Below, piece by piece: positions 42,293-52,457 of a stretch of DNA of 64,000 nt; the stretch's first letter is position 1, and every line of letters starts with the position of its first letter. The position numbers and the translations under genes were made by a program. The notes beneath the pieces were generated by a model. The model had not been told where the DNA came from and ran no database searches. It worked only from the letters and a program-made list of their open reading frames with translations. The stretch comes from an uncultured Acidobacteriaceae bacterium. Its GTDB lineage: Bacteria; Acidobacteriota; Terriglobia; Terriglobales; Acidobacteriaceae. The DNA lies in the NCBI GenBank assembly GCA_963716615.1, contig CAVQTQ010000005.1, positions 228,822 to 292,821 of the forward strand, in the 5' to 3' direction.

Positions 42293-43570
42293 TTATGTTC
42301 CTTCCGACCAGCTCGCCAGGTATTCTTCCTGCTCCGAAGTTAGGCGGTCGATCTTGATGCCGAGCGATTCGAGCTTTAACTTGGCCACGCGTTTATCGAG
42401 TTCCGCCGGAACCGTGTAAACCTTCTTTTCGAGCGACGCATGGTTTTTTACCATGTACTCGCAGGAAAGGGCCTGGTCGGCAAAACTCATATCCATTACC
42501 GATGCCGGATGACCTTCGGCGGCGGCCAGGTTGATGAGGCGGCCTTCTCCGAGCAGGTTGATGCGGCGGCCGTCCTTCATTGTGTACTCGTCGACGAAAT
42601 TGCGCGTGGTGCGCTTCGAGGACGATAACTTCTCGAGCGACGGGATGTCGATCTCGACGTTGAAGTGTCCCGAGTTCGAGATGATGGCTCCGTCTTTCAT
42701 GAGTTCGAAGTGCTGCTTGGCGAGGACGTTCTTGTTGCCGGTGACGGTGCAGAAAACGTCGCCGATTTTGGCGGCTTCTTCCATGCTCATCACGCGGAAT
42801 CCGTCCATGACCGCTTCGAGCGCTTTGGTGGGGTCGACTTCGGTAATTAGGACTTCCGCTCCGGCGCCACGGGCGCGCGAAGCCAGGCCGCGTCCGCACC
42901 AGCCGTAGCCGGCGACCACGAACTTCGATCCCGCGAGCAGGAAGTTCGTGGCGCGGGTGATGCCGTCAATGGTCGATTGCCCGGTGCCGTAGCGGTTGTC
43001 GAACAAATGCTTGGTGTCGGCGTCGTTGACGGCGATAATCGGATAGCGAAGCACGCCTTCTTTGGCCATGGCGCGCAGCCGAATCACGCCGGTGGTCGTT
43101 TCCTCTGTGCCGCCGATCACATTCGCCAGCTCTGCGGTACGCTTGGTGTGGAGCACGGAGACCAGATCCGCGCCATCATCCATGGTGATCTGCGGTTTGT
43201 GATCGACGGCCGCCATGATGTGTGAATAGTAGGAGTCGTTGTCCTCACCCTTGATGGCGAAGACAGGAATGTTGTAGTCGCGCACCAGGCTGGCGGCTAC
43301 ATCATCCTGAGTTGACAGCGGGTTCGACGCGCACAGGGCCGCGTCGGCGCCGCCGTCGCGCAGCGCGATCATTAAGTTTGCGGTCTCAGCCGTAACGTGC
43401 AGGCAGGCCGAAACGCGGATGCCCTTGAGCGGCTGGTTCTTGATGAATTCCTTGCGGATGATCTGCAGCACCTTCATCGACTGGTTCGCCCACTCGATGC
43501 GTTTCTTGCCCAGATCGGCCAGTTCGAATCCTTTAACGTCGTTGCTGATCGATGTTGTTGTCGTAGCCAT
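42293..43570 (-). CDS. ahcY: Adenosylhomocysteinase
   Basis: [17 protein letters not shown]...[17 protein letters not shown]...[14 protein letters not shown]...DDGADL...GYGWCGRG...EVDP..ALEA.MDGF; 425 aa. Confidence 0.95.
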   Translation of the reverse strand: MATTTTSISNDVKGFELADLGKKRIEWANQSMKVLQIIRKEFIKNQPLKGIRVSACLHVTAETANLMIALRDGGADAALCASNPLSTQDDVAASLVRDYNIPVFAIKGEDNDSYYSHIMAAVDHKPQITMDDGADLVSVLHTKRTAELANVIGGTEETTTGVIRLRAMAKEGVLRYPIIAVNDADTKHLFDNRYGTGQSTIDGITRATNFLLAGSKFVVAGYGWCGRGLASRARGAGAEVLITEVDPTKALEAVMDGFRVMSMEEAAKIGDVFCTVTGNKNVLAKQHFELMKDGAIISNSGHFNVEIDIPSLEKLSSSKRTTRNFVDEYTMKDGRRINLLGEGRLINLAAAEGHPASVMDMSFADQALSCEYMVKNHASLEKKVYTVPAELDKRVAKLKLESLGIKIDRLTSEQEEYLASWSEGT

Positions 43571-43607
43571 TTCTCTCCCTATCCCCGGTGTTTCAAAGTC
43601 AAAAGTG

Positions 43608-43726
43608 AAAAGTCAAATTGAAGAAGTGAAACCCGGTCTTGGGCTTCAACGTCGTGTCTGGCTTGCCTGGTCAAGGTCAAAAGTCGAAGCCGAATTGCTT
43701 GGGTTTTACTTCTGCAATTTGACTTC
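43608..43726. repeat. Long inverted repeat (26-nt arms, 23/26 complementary, 66-nt spacer) between metK and ahcY
   Basis: Arm AAAGTCAAATTGAAGAAGTGAAACCC (43609-43634) pairs with arm GGGTTTTACTTCTGCAATTTGACTTC (43701-43726). Confidence 0.65.
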
Positions 43727-43738
43727 TGATTCCTGACT

Positions 43739-44920
43739 TTATTTTCTTGCTTCCACCGGCTCCCGCTTCAAGCCGGCGTCGGCAGCCAACTTTGCGGCTT
43801 TGTCGGTCGCTTCCCAGGTAAAATCCGGGTCGCTGCGGCCGAAGTGTCCGTAGGATGCGGTCTTACGGTAAATCGGACGGCGCAGGTTCAGTGTCTCTAT
43901 GATCTCGCGCGGTTTCAGCTTAAAGTTCGCCCGCACCAGATCCGGAATCAGCTTGGCATCAACCTTCTCGGTTCCGAAAGTATCCACCAGGATGCTGACG
44001 GGATCGGCAACCCCGATGGCATAGGCGAGTTGCACTTCGCAGCGATCGGCGAGGCCGGCGGCCACGATGTTCTTCGCGATGTAACGCGCCATATAGGCGG
44101 CTGAGCGGTCCACCTTGGTTGGATCCTTGCCGCTGAATGCGCCGCCGCCGTGACGCCCCATGCCACCGTAAGTGTCCACGATGATCTTGCGCCCGGTCAG
44201 ACCAGAATCGCCCATGGGACCGCCGATGACGAAGCGTCCGGTGGGATTGATATGGTACTTAGTATCTTCGTCGAGCAGATTGGCCGGAATTACGGCCTGG
44301 ATTACGTGCTTCAAAATGTCGGCGCGCAGTTCGTCGTTGCCGACGCTTTCGGAATGCTGAGTAGAGACGACCACCGCATCGACGCGCTTTACCTTGTGCT
44401 GCGCGTCGTACTCCACCGTGACCTGTGATTTTCCGTCGGGCCGCAGGTAGGGGCAGATGCCATACTTGCGAACTTCCGAAAGCTTCATGGTGAGCTTGTG
44501 GGCGAGTGAAATCGGAAGGGGCATCAGTTCGGGGGTCTCATTGCAGGCGAACCCAAACATCATGCCCTGGTCGCCGGCGCCGCCGGTATCCACGCCCATG
44601 GCGATATCGCCGGACTGCTTGTTGATGCTGGAGATCACGGCACAGGTATTCGAGTCGAAGCCGTAGACGGCATTGTCGTAGCCGATGGACTGCACCACTC
44701 CGCGGACGAGGTTCTGAAAGTCGACGTAGGCTTTGGTGGTGATCTCGCCGGCGATCATCACCAGGCCGGTGCAGGTCAGGGTTTCACAGGCGACTCGGCT
44801 GGTCGGATCTTCACGCAGACAGGCGTCGAGAATGGCATCGGAAATCTGGTCGGCGATCTTGTCCGGATGTCCCTCGGTTACGGATTCCGAGGTAAACAGA
44901 AAACGATTCGTTCGTGGCAA
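43739..44920 (-). CDS. metK: S-adenosylmethionine synthase
   Basis: [27 protein letters not shown]...[12 protein letters not shown]...[22 protein letters not shown] start with GAAGGAGA 7 nt upstream. Confidence 0.95.
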   Translation of the reverse strand: MPRTNRFLFTSESVTEGHPDKIADQISDAILDACLREDPTSRVACETLTCTGLVMIAGEITTKAYVDFQNLVRGVVQSIGYDNAVYGFDSNTCAVISSINKQSGDIAMGVDTGGAGDQGMMFGFACNETPELMPLPISLAHKLTMKLSEVRKYGICPYLRPDGKSQVTVEYDAQHKVKRVDAVVVSTQHSESVGNDELRADILKHVIQAVIPANLLDEDTKYHINPTGRFVIGGPMGDSGLTGRKIIVDTYGGMGRHGGGAFSGKDPTKVDRSAAYMARYIAKNIVAAGLADRCEVQLAYAIGVADPVSILVDTFGTEKVDAKLIPDLVRANFKLKPREIIETLNLRRPIYRKTASYGHFGRSDPDFTWEATDKAAKLAADAGLKREPVEARK

Positions 44921-45015
44921 GCTGGTATCTCCTTCAAGGTGGCTTTAAGCCTTTAGTTGCGAGCCTTCACGTCCGATAAGGGAGGCATACGGAGCCCAAG
45001 GGCCCTGGACCAAGC

Positions 45016-45073
45016 TTGGCTTAATTTTGTTGGCTCAATCTTGTTTGGCTCAATCTTGGTTTGGCTAACTGTT
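45016..45073. repeat. Four tandem 14-16-nt TTGGCT boxes upstream of metK
   Basis: TTGGCTTAATTTTG / TTGGCTCAATCTTGT / TTGGCTCAATCTTGGT / TTGGCTAACTGTT, 95-150 nt upstream of the metK start. Confidence 0.65.
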
Positions 45074-45211
45074 CTTCAAAACGGTATCAGAGATGACCTG
45101 TGAAGCGCAACGGAATTGGCGGGTGACGAAGGGAGTTGACACTGAGTGGGAGGGAGTTGGCATTGAACGGCGGGAGGCGGGCGGCAAATGGAAGAAAAGA
45201 AAGAAAAAAAC

Positions 45212-46225
45212 CTAAGGCGTCGAAGGGGGTGACGGAGCATTCGGCACCATTCCGCCAGGGCCAAAGGTAACGGTTTTGACCTCGCCGAGTTCTCCCCCCG
45301 TGGCGAGTTTCTTTCCATTGAATCGAAAGTCGATGCCGCCGGCATTGCCGACCTTAATGATAATTTCTTGCCTGCCAGTGATGGCGCGTTCACTGCCCGC
45401 AGCCAAAATTTCAGATGGGACAGTTTTGCCGTCGGCGGTGACCGAGATCCAGGATTCTTCGCGGGCTTGAATGACGACGGTAAACTCGCCCGGTGTGGCG
45501 GCGGGAACAGCAGCGGCTACATAAGGAGGGGTTTGGGGGGCGACGACGGTGGCCGATCCTCGGGTCGGCGAGCCAGTCGTTGGCAAACCGGAAGCATTAT
45601 CTCCGTTTGATATTTTGCCTGACGCTTGGCCTGATGGCGGCGCGGCTGGTAAGGGCATCACGGCAGTGGTTGGAGTTGGATGAAGCGATTGTCTGGCGCG
45701 CTCTCGCTGGCGATGGCTCCAGAGGGAGAGTGCGAGTGCGATCAGGAGTAGTACCGCGGCGAATAGGCCCCAAGGTACCTGGCGAGCAGGAGCGTCGGAG
45801 ATGGCTTCCAGGCGGCTGACAGTTTCTTCATGTTCGCGCGCTCCGTCTTCGCGCGCGGCGATTTCCGTCAAACCGGGAAGGGCTTCGCCGGAAGCTTGCA
45901 GGTAATCGGCAACGGTTTGGTCCTCGTCGAGGCCGACGAAGCGGGCATAGGCGCGGACGAAGCCCTTGTTGAAAATGCCTCCCGGCAACTGATTGAACTT
46001 ATCTTCCTCCAGCGCTTGCAGCATGCGGGTGCCGATCTTGGTGGAGTTGGAAATCTGCTCGAGGGTGATTTGGCGCTTCTCGCGTCCCTGTTTCAGTTTT
46101 TCGCCAAAGGAAGGCAACCCAGTCTCCCGCTCACGTTGGATGGCGAACGGAATTTTACTCTGTTGGGAAGCTAGATCATAGGTCATTCGGTAGTTGTAGT
46201 GGTTGATTCCGGGCGGCTGAGCCAC
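45212..46225 (-). CDS. rodZ: RodZ-like cytoskeleton protein (HTH, TM helix, DUF4115)
   Basis: FGEKLKQGREKRQITLEQISNSTKIGTRMLQALEEDKFNQLPGGIFNKGFVRAYARFVGLDE. TM helix VPWGLFAAVLLLIALALSLW. C-terminus FTVVIQAREESWISVTADGK...IIIKVGNAGGIDFRFNGK. Start uncertain (GTG 46225 or ATG 46186). Confidence 0.75.
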   Translation of the reverse strand: MAQPPGINHYNYRMTYDLASQQSKIPFAIQRERETGLPSFGEKLKQGREKRQITLEQISNSTKIGTRMLQALEEDKFNQLPGGIFNKGFVRAYARFVGLDEDQTVADYLQASGEALPGLTEIAAREDGAREHEETVSRLEAISDAPARQVPWGLFAAVLLLIALALSLWSHRQRERARQSLHPTPTTAVMPLPAAPPSGQASGKISNGDNASGLPTTGSPTRGSATVVAPQTPPYVAAAVPAATPGEFTVVIQAREESWISVTADGKTVPSEILAAGSERAITGRQEIIIKVGNAGGIDFRFNGKKLATGGELGEVKTVTFGPGGMVPNAPSPPSTP

Positions 46226-46402
46226 GGGCTTCGAGCAAACAGAATTTCTCAGCAGTCCCGCGACAGGGCAAGTCCCGTCCCTACAGCCGTGGGTTGGCGT
46301 GACTGGTACGCGTTACCTCCGTTCGTTGCCCGCGCGGTGCGCCGAAACTTATAATCTCGTGAACCAGTAATTTCCTGAACCAGCCGCTCGTCCGAGGAGT
46401 CC

Positions 46403-47455
46403 ATGGCAGAGGCCGCGGGCACATCCCCAATTCGCCTGTCGCAAGAGCTGACCATCTTTCACGATGTCGCCAAGGCGCTGACCTCCTCGCTCAACCTGGA
46501 TTCGATTCTGCAGACCATCATGGAGAAAATGGCGGAATACTTCCGCCCGGATACCTGGTCGCTGCTGATGGTGGATGAGGAAAAAGACGAGCTCTATTTC
46601 GCCATCGCGGTGGGGGCGGCGGCGGACGTTCTTTCAAAGGCGCGTTTGAAGGTGGGGGAGGGAATTGCCGGTTGGGTGGCCAAGCACGGACAGGTATTGA
46701 TCGTGCCCGATGTGCAGAACGATCCGCGCTTTTCATCGCGTCTGGACGAGATGACCCGCCTGCGGACCCGCTCCGTGATCTGCGTGCCATTGCGCTCGAA
46801 ACACCGCGTGCTGGGCGTGATCCAGCTCGTCAATGCCAACGTGGAAATGAGTGAACAGGAGATCTTCTTCCTGCAGGCGTTGTGCGATTACGCCGCAATT
46901 GCCATCGAGAATGCGAGGTCGGTCGAGAAGATTCAGGAACTAACCATCACCGACGATTGCACGGGCCTGTTCAATGCGCGCCATCTGCACAAAACCCTCG
47001 AAACCGAGGTTTACCGCTCAACCCGCTTCGGCTACCAATTCAGCGTGATCTTCATCGATCTCGACCATTTCAAGCAAGTCAACGATACGCATGGACATCT
47101 GGTGGGAAGCCGTCTGCTGTACGAAGTCGGATACCTGATCAAAGCGCAGCTGCGTCTGATTGATTTTGCTTTTCGCTACGGCGGCGACGAGTTCGTTGTG
47201 CTGCTGCCGCAGACGACCAAAGATCAGGCGCTGGTGGTAGCGAAACGCTTGCAGGATTCCCTGCGCTCGGGGACTTTTTGCACCGAGCAGGGGTTGAACT
47301 TGAACTTGCGCGCCAGTATGGGGCTGGCGACTTTTCCGCACGATGCGCAAACGCCGCACGACATCATCCGCCAGGCGGACGAGATGATGTATGTGGTGAA
47401 GAACACGACCCGGGATAATATCGGCATTGCCTCGCGCGGGCTGATAGAGACGTAG
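46403..47455 (+). CDS. GAF-domain diguanylate cyclase (GGDEF)
   Basis: GAF: GEGIAGWVAKHGQVLIVPDVQNDPRF...VICVPL. GGDEF: DDCTGLFNARHL...FIDLDHFKQVNDTHGHLVGSRLL...RYGGDEFVVLL. Confidence 0.9.
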   Translation: MAEAAGTSPIRLSQELTIFHDVAKALTSSLNLDSILQTIMEKMAEYFRPDTWSLLMVDEEKDELYFAIAVGAAADVLSKARLKVGEGIAGWVAKHGQVLIVPDVQNDPRFSSRLDEMTRLRTRSVICVPLRSKHRVLGVIQLVNANVEMSEQEIFFLQALCDYAAIAIENARSVEKIQELTITDDCTGLFNARHLHKTLETEVYRSTRFGYQFSVIFIDLDHFKQVNDTHGHLVGSRLLYEVGYLIKAQLRLIDFAFRYGGDEFVVLLPQTTKDQALVVAKRLQDSLRSGTFCTEQGLNLNLRASMGLATFPHDAQTPHDIIRQADEMMYVVKNTTRDNIGIASRGLIET

Positions 47456-47503
47456 CTGGACAGGTCTCGGGTATTAGGTGTCAGGGGCGAGCTGCGCTCG
47501 CCT

Positions 47504-47530
47504 CGACAGCCGAGGGCGGCTGTCCCTACG
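47504..47530. repeat. REP-like hairpin family A, copy 2 (GACAGCCG-AGGG-CGGCTGTC-CCTACG)
   Basis: Lies between convergent genes 46403..47455 (+) and 47531..48559 (-) and ends 1 nt before the latter's stop codon. Confidence 0.7.
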
Positions 47531-48559
47531 TTACTGTTTTTCTCGCTTCTGTAGCTCCGCGGGCTGATCTGTTTTCGGCTGCGCTTCGTTCGGATCCGGC
47601 TTCCATGTAAACGCGTTGGCAGGCGCGGAGGGGTTCACGCCGAAGTCCCACACGTAGAGGTTCATTCCTTCTTTTCCCAGCATCTCGGCGACGGCGTATT
47701 CGCCGGCCGCTAGAGGGTCGGTGGGGGTGAGCTTGACCCAGCCTCCGCTCATGGCGGTGGCCGTGGACGCGACGAAACGTTCGTCGGTTTTCATTTTTCC
47801 GGTGACTGCGATCTTGACCGCGTCGGCCACGCGCTTGCTGCCTTTGACGTCGATGTGAATGATCTTGAACCGCTCAAGTGGGGACAGCGGCGGTGGCTCT
47901 CCGGCAGCGGGCTTCGAGGTTACGGTCGCGGGCGCGCCCTCATTATTATTGTTCAAATCAATATTGACGTAGAGCGAAGGCACGGTGGTGTGCGACTGAA
48001 CCTTGGCATGCGGTCCGGGGAGTTCAATGGTCTGCTTGGCGCCGGCCAGCGGATTGATCGCCGCCCGCAGAATATTCGACTTGGCGTTTTTATCCACGTC
48101 GCCGCCCGATTGCTGCAGTTCGGCCAGCTGCGGCTGGTTCTGGTAGGTGTCGAGGAGGAAGATGCCGGCTTCGTCGGGCAGGCGCAGACCGGGCGCCACC
48201 TGCGGGGAACGGGCTTGTTCGGCTTTGCGTTCGGCTTCGAGTTCCTTGTCGAGTTCAACGGCTTCCGGAGCCAGCTTGCCCAGTTCGCGGCCTTGCTCAA
48301 ACTTCTCGGTCGCGTCCCAGTCGATCATTGAATTCGGGACTTCCTCCCATTCGCCGCGCTCGGCGCTGAAGTAGCGGACGCGGTCGCCATGAATCTCATA
48401 CTTCGTGACGGACTGGTAGGAGCCGTCTTTCAAGATCAGGCGGCGGGCTTGGGGTTGGGCAAGAATCGGAATCGGGGGAAGGCAAAAGAAGGCCAACACT
48501 GCGGCTGCTGCAGCGAGAAGTCCCATCCTACCGATAAATGATCTCATGCTCCGGAACAT
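47531..48559 (-). CDS. Secreted hypothetical protein
   Basis: 342-aa ORF with a signal peptide (LLAAAAAVLAFFCLPPIPILAQ). No motif recognised. Confidence 0.7.
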   Translation of the reverse strand: MFRSMRSFIGRMGLLAAAAAVLAFFCLPPIPILAQPQARRLILKDGSYQSVTKYEIHGDRVRYFSAERGEWEEVPNSMIDWDATEKFEQGRELGKLAPEAVELDKELEAERKAEQARSPQVAPGLRLPDEAGIFLLDTYQNQPQLAELQQSGGDVDKNAKSNILRAAINPLAGAKQTIELPGPHAKVQSHTTVPSLYVNIDLNNNNEGAPATVTSKPAAGEPPPLSPLERFKIIHIDVKGSKRVADAVKIAVTGKMKTDERFVASTATAMSGGWVKLTPTDPLAAGEYAVAEMLGKEGMNLYVWDFGVNPSAPANAFTWKPDPNEAQPKTDQPAELQKREKQ

Positions 48560-48658
48560 TATCGTCTTTTCTGGTGCTTCCCGAAAGTTAGATGGACGGT
48601 CGAGATGACACGGGGGAACCCTCTCAACTGCATGCCGTTAGGTAGGCGCTGATTATTT

Positions 48659-48730
48659 GGTAGTGGTCAACTTTCGTTTTCCACAGGGGCGGTGCTAGGA
48701 ATCGAAACTTGACCACTACCGGTTATTTTT
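48659..48730 (+). terminator. Strong hairpin (18-nt arms, 17/18 paired) plus U-tract in the pyrG upstream region: candidate attenuator or sRNA terminator
   Basis: GGTAGTGGTCAACTTTCG (48659-48676) and CGAAACTTGACCACTACC (48703-48720), followed by GGTTATTTTT. About 135 nt upstream of the pyrG ATG. Confidence 0.45.
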
Positions 48731-48852
48731 CCACATTCCCTTCCCGAAAGACTTCTGCCATAATTGATCGTGCACCCCAACCTCCACCCCAGCGCGCACA
48801 AAAACCCCGCGCGCCGGGGACCCCGGTGGCACAATTTTCCAAACAAAATTAA

Positions 48853-50547
<1,695 letters not shown>

Positions 50548-50614
50548 TCTTTACCACAGGGGAGCACGGAGGAGAGCCTAACGCTTGCTTGGTCTCCTGT
50601 GTAGTTGAAACACT

Positions 50615-51463
50615 TTGAGCAGCAGCTTCCAAATCGATACCGTTCGCGTCGGCTCTGGCGACCTGTTTCTGATAGCCGGGCCGTGTGTGATTGAGAGTGA
50701 AGAGCACGCGCTGCGCATGGCGGAGATCATCAAGGGCGTGGCGCGTTCGCTGAATTTCCCGTTTATTTTCAAGGCCTCATACGACAAGGCCAATCGCACA
50801 TCGATCCGCAGCTTTCGCGGACCGGGACTAAACGAAGGCCTGCGCATTCTGCAGAAAGTGAAAGACGAAGTGCATATTCCGGTGCTGACCGACGTGCATC
50901 AGGCTGCCGACGTAGCCGCGGTTGCCGAGGTGGTGGACGTGGTGCAGATTCCCGCGTTTCTTTGCCGGCAGACCGATCTGGTGGTGGCGGCGGCGCTGAG
51001 CGGACGTCCGGTGAACATCAAGAAAGGGCAGTTTGTTTCGCCCTGGGACATGAAGCACGCCGTAGAAAAATGCCGCGAAGCAGGAAACAGCCAGGTGTTT
51101 GTGACCGAACGCGGCTCGAGTTTTGGCTATCACAATTTGATTGTGGACATGCGGTCGCTGGCCATCATGCGCAAGTTTGCGCCGGTGGTGTTCGACGCGA
51201 CGCACTCGGTGCAGTTGCCGTCGGCTTCGCACGGGGATGAAGATCAGCCGGCGGTGAGCGGGGGCCAGCCGGAATTTATCCCGGTGCTGTCGCGGGCGGC
51301 GGTAGCGGCGGGTGTGGACGGCGTGTTCATGGAAGTCCACGACAATCCGAAAGAAGCGAAGAGCGACGGCGCGAACGCGCTCGACACGCGCAACCTGCGC
51401 GGCGTGCTGAAAGAATTGCAGGCGGTGAAGAAGGCGCTGGACGCGGCGCATAGCACGCCCTAA
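50615..51463 (+). CDS. kdsA: 3-deoxy-8-phosphooctulonate synthase
   Basis: [21 protein letters not shown]...[13 protein letters not shown]...VLTDVH...[17 protein letters not shown]...NIKKGQF; TTG start. Confidence 0.93.
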   Translation: MSSSFQIDTVRVGSGDLFLIAGPCVIESEEHALRMAEIIKGVARSLNFPFIFKASYDKANRTSIRSFRGPGLNEGLRILQKVKDEVHIPVLTDVHQAADVAAVAEVVDVVQIPAFLCRQTDLVVAAALSGRPVNIKKGQFVSPWDMKHAVEKCREAGNSQVFVTERGSSFGYHNLIVDMRSLAIMRKFAPVVFDATHSVQLPSASHGDEDQPAVSGGQPEFIPVLSRAAVAAGVDGVFMEVHDNPKEAKSDGANALDTRNLRGVLKELQAVKKALDAAHSTP

Positions 51464-51540
51464 GAGAAGGTGGCGGGACTTCGCCCCGCTGGACAGCTGA
51501 CCACCCCCAGCCCGCGAAAAGCGCGCGGTCTGGGGACCCC

Positions 51541-51563
51541 GGCCGAGGGCGGCTGTCCCTACG
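51541..51563. repeat. REP-like family A, partial copy 3 (GGCCGAGGGCGGCTGTCCCTACG)
   Basis: The left stem arm is missing. It overlaps the smpB stop codon (51559-51561). Confidence 0.6.
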
Positions 51564-52086
51564 TTTTTCTTCCCCGGGAAATGGCTTCGCGCGCTTCCTT
51601 GTCGGCGGTGCGGCGGCGCTCGGTCTCTCGTTTATCCCAGAGTTGTTTGCCCTTGGCCAGAGCCAGTTCGACTTTGATTTTGCCATTCTTGAAATACATG
51701 CGCGTTGGGATCAGGGTTAGCCCTTTCGGTTGGGTCTTGCCGATAAGCTTGCGAATTTCTTCTTTGTGAACCAGAAGTTTGCGGGTGCGGAGGGCGGCAT
51801 GATTGGCGTAGTTGCCGTGCTCGTAGGGGCTGATGTGGCAGTTGAGGAGCCAGAGTTCGCCGTCCTTGATTAACCCGTAGGCGTCCTTGAGATTGGTCTT
51901 GCCGGTGCGGACCGACTTTACCTCGGTTCCAGTGAGAACGACGCCGGCCTCGAATTTTTCGAGCAAGAAGTAGTTGTGGCTCGCGTTCCTGTTAACAGCG
52001 GCATCCTTCTCCCCCGAAGCGGTAGGCTGGCGGCGAGGATTTTTCTCCCGATTGGGCTGGGTCTGGTGAGTAGTCTGCTTGGCCAT
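51559..52086 (-). CDS. smpB: SsrA-binding protein
   Basis: NRNASHNYFLLEKFEAGVVLTGTEVKSVRTGKTNLKDAY...WLLNCHISPYEHGN..NH...RTRKLLVHKEEI.KL....QKGLTLIP...YFKNGKIKVELALAKGK. Start at ATG 52086. Confidence 0.92.
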   Translation of the reverse strand: MAKQTTHQTQPNREKNPRRQPTASGEKDAAVNRNASHNYFLLEKFEAGVVLTGTEVKSVRTGKTNLKDAYGLIKDGELWLLNCHISPYEHGNYANHAALRTRKLLVHKEEIRKLIGKTQPKGLTLIPTRMYFKNGKIKVELALAKGKQLWDKRETERRRTADKEAREAISRGRKT

Positions 52087-52280
52087 GGCACTGAAAAGAA
52101 GCTGGAAAGAAAGTAACACAGGCCTGGGACGAGGTCCCAGGTGTCCGGTCTCGGGAGAGGCAGAGGCGAATGCCTCTCGACGCCTGGTTTTTCTGAAACC
52201 TAACGCCTGTTCCCTTAAGGACAGGTACCAATGAGTGTAAACACCTAACTGCCAATCACTTCGGGTGCATGTTGATGCGA

Positions 52281-52289
52281 TGCTATAAT
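52281..52289 (+). promoter_or_regulatory. Extended -10 promoter element (TGCTATAAT) facing the secretin operon
   Basis: TG-n-TATAAT at 52281-52289. About 170 nt upstream of the secretin ATG. Confidence 0.4.
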
Positions 52290-52457
52290 CAAAATCCCCG
52301 ATACTTTTTGCGCGCGACGGCCCCGTGATGTCCGGGCGCTTGGTTTTTTTCGGGTAGTTGATGGGTCTGGGCTGGATAAATGCCGGTCTGGATGAAGGTT
52401 GATCCGGGAATGGCCCGCTGCCGCCGTGGCAAGAAAGATTTTCATGAGGATTGCTTG

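Noticed and set aside
44921-45075. SAM-I riboswitch in the metK leader
   Set aside because: There is a CTTATC string, but I could find no complementary GATAAG closing helix and none of the conserved SAM-I core boxes. I left the region as an unassigned leader rather than calling a riboswitch.
52087-52457. tmRNA (ssrA) next to smpB
   Set aside because: I looked for the tRNA-like 3' end (GGTTCGAATCC...CCA-type T arm and acceptor) and a GGGG(C/G)TGA 5' end. Neither is present in the smpB flanks.
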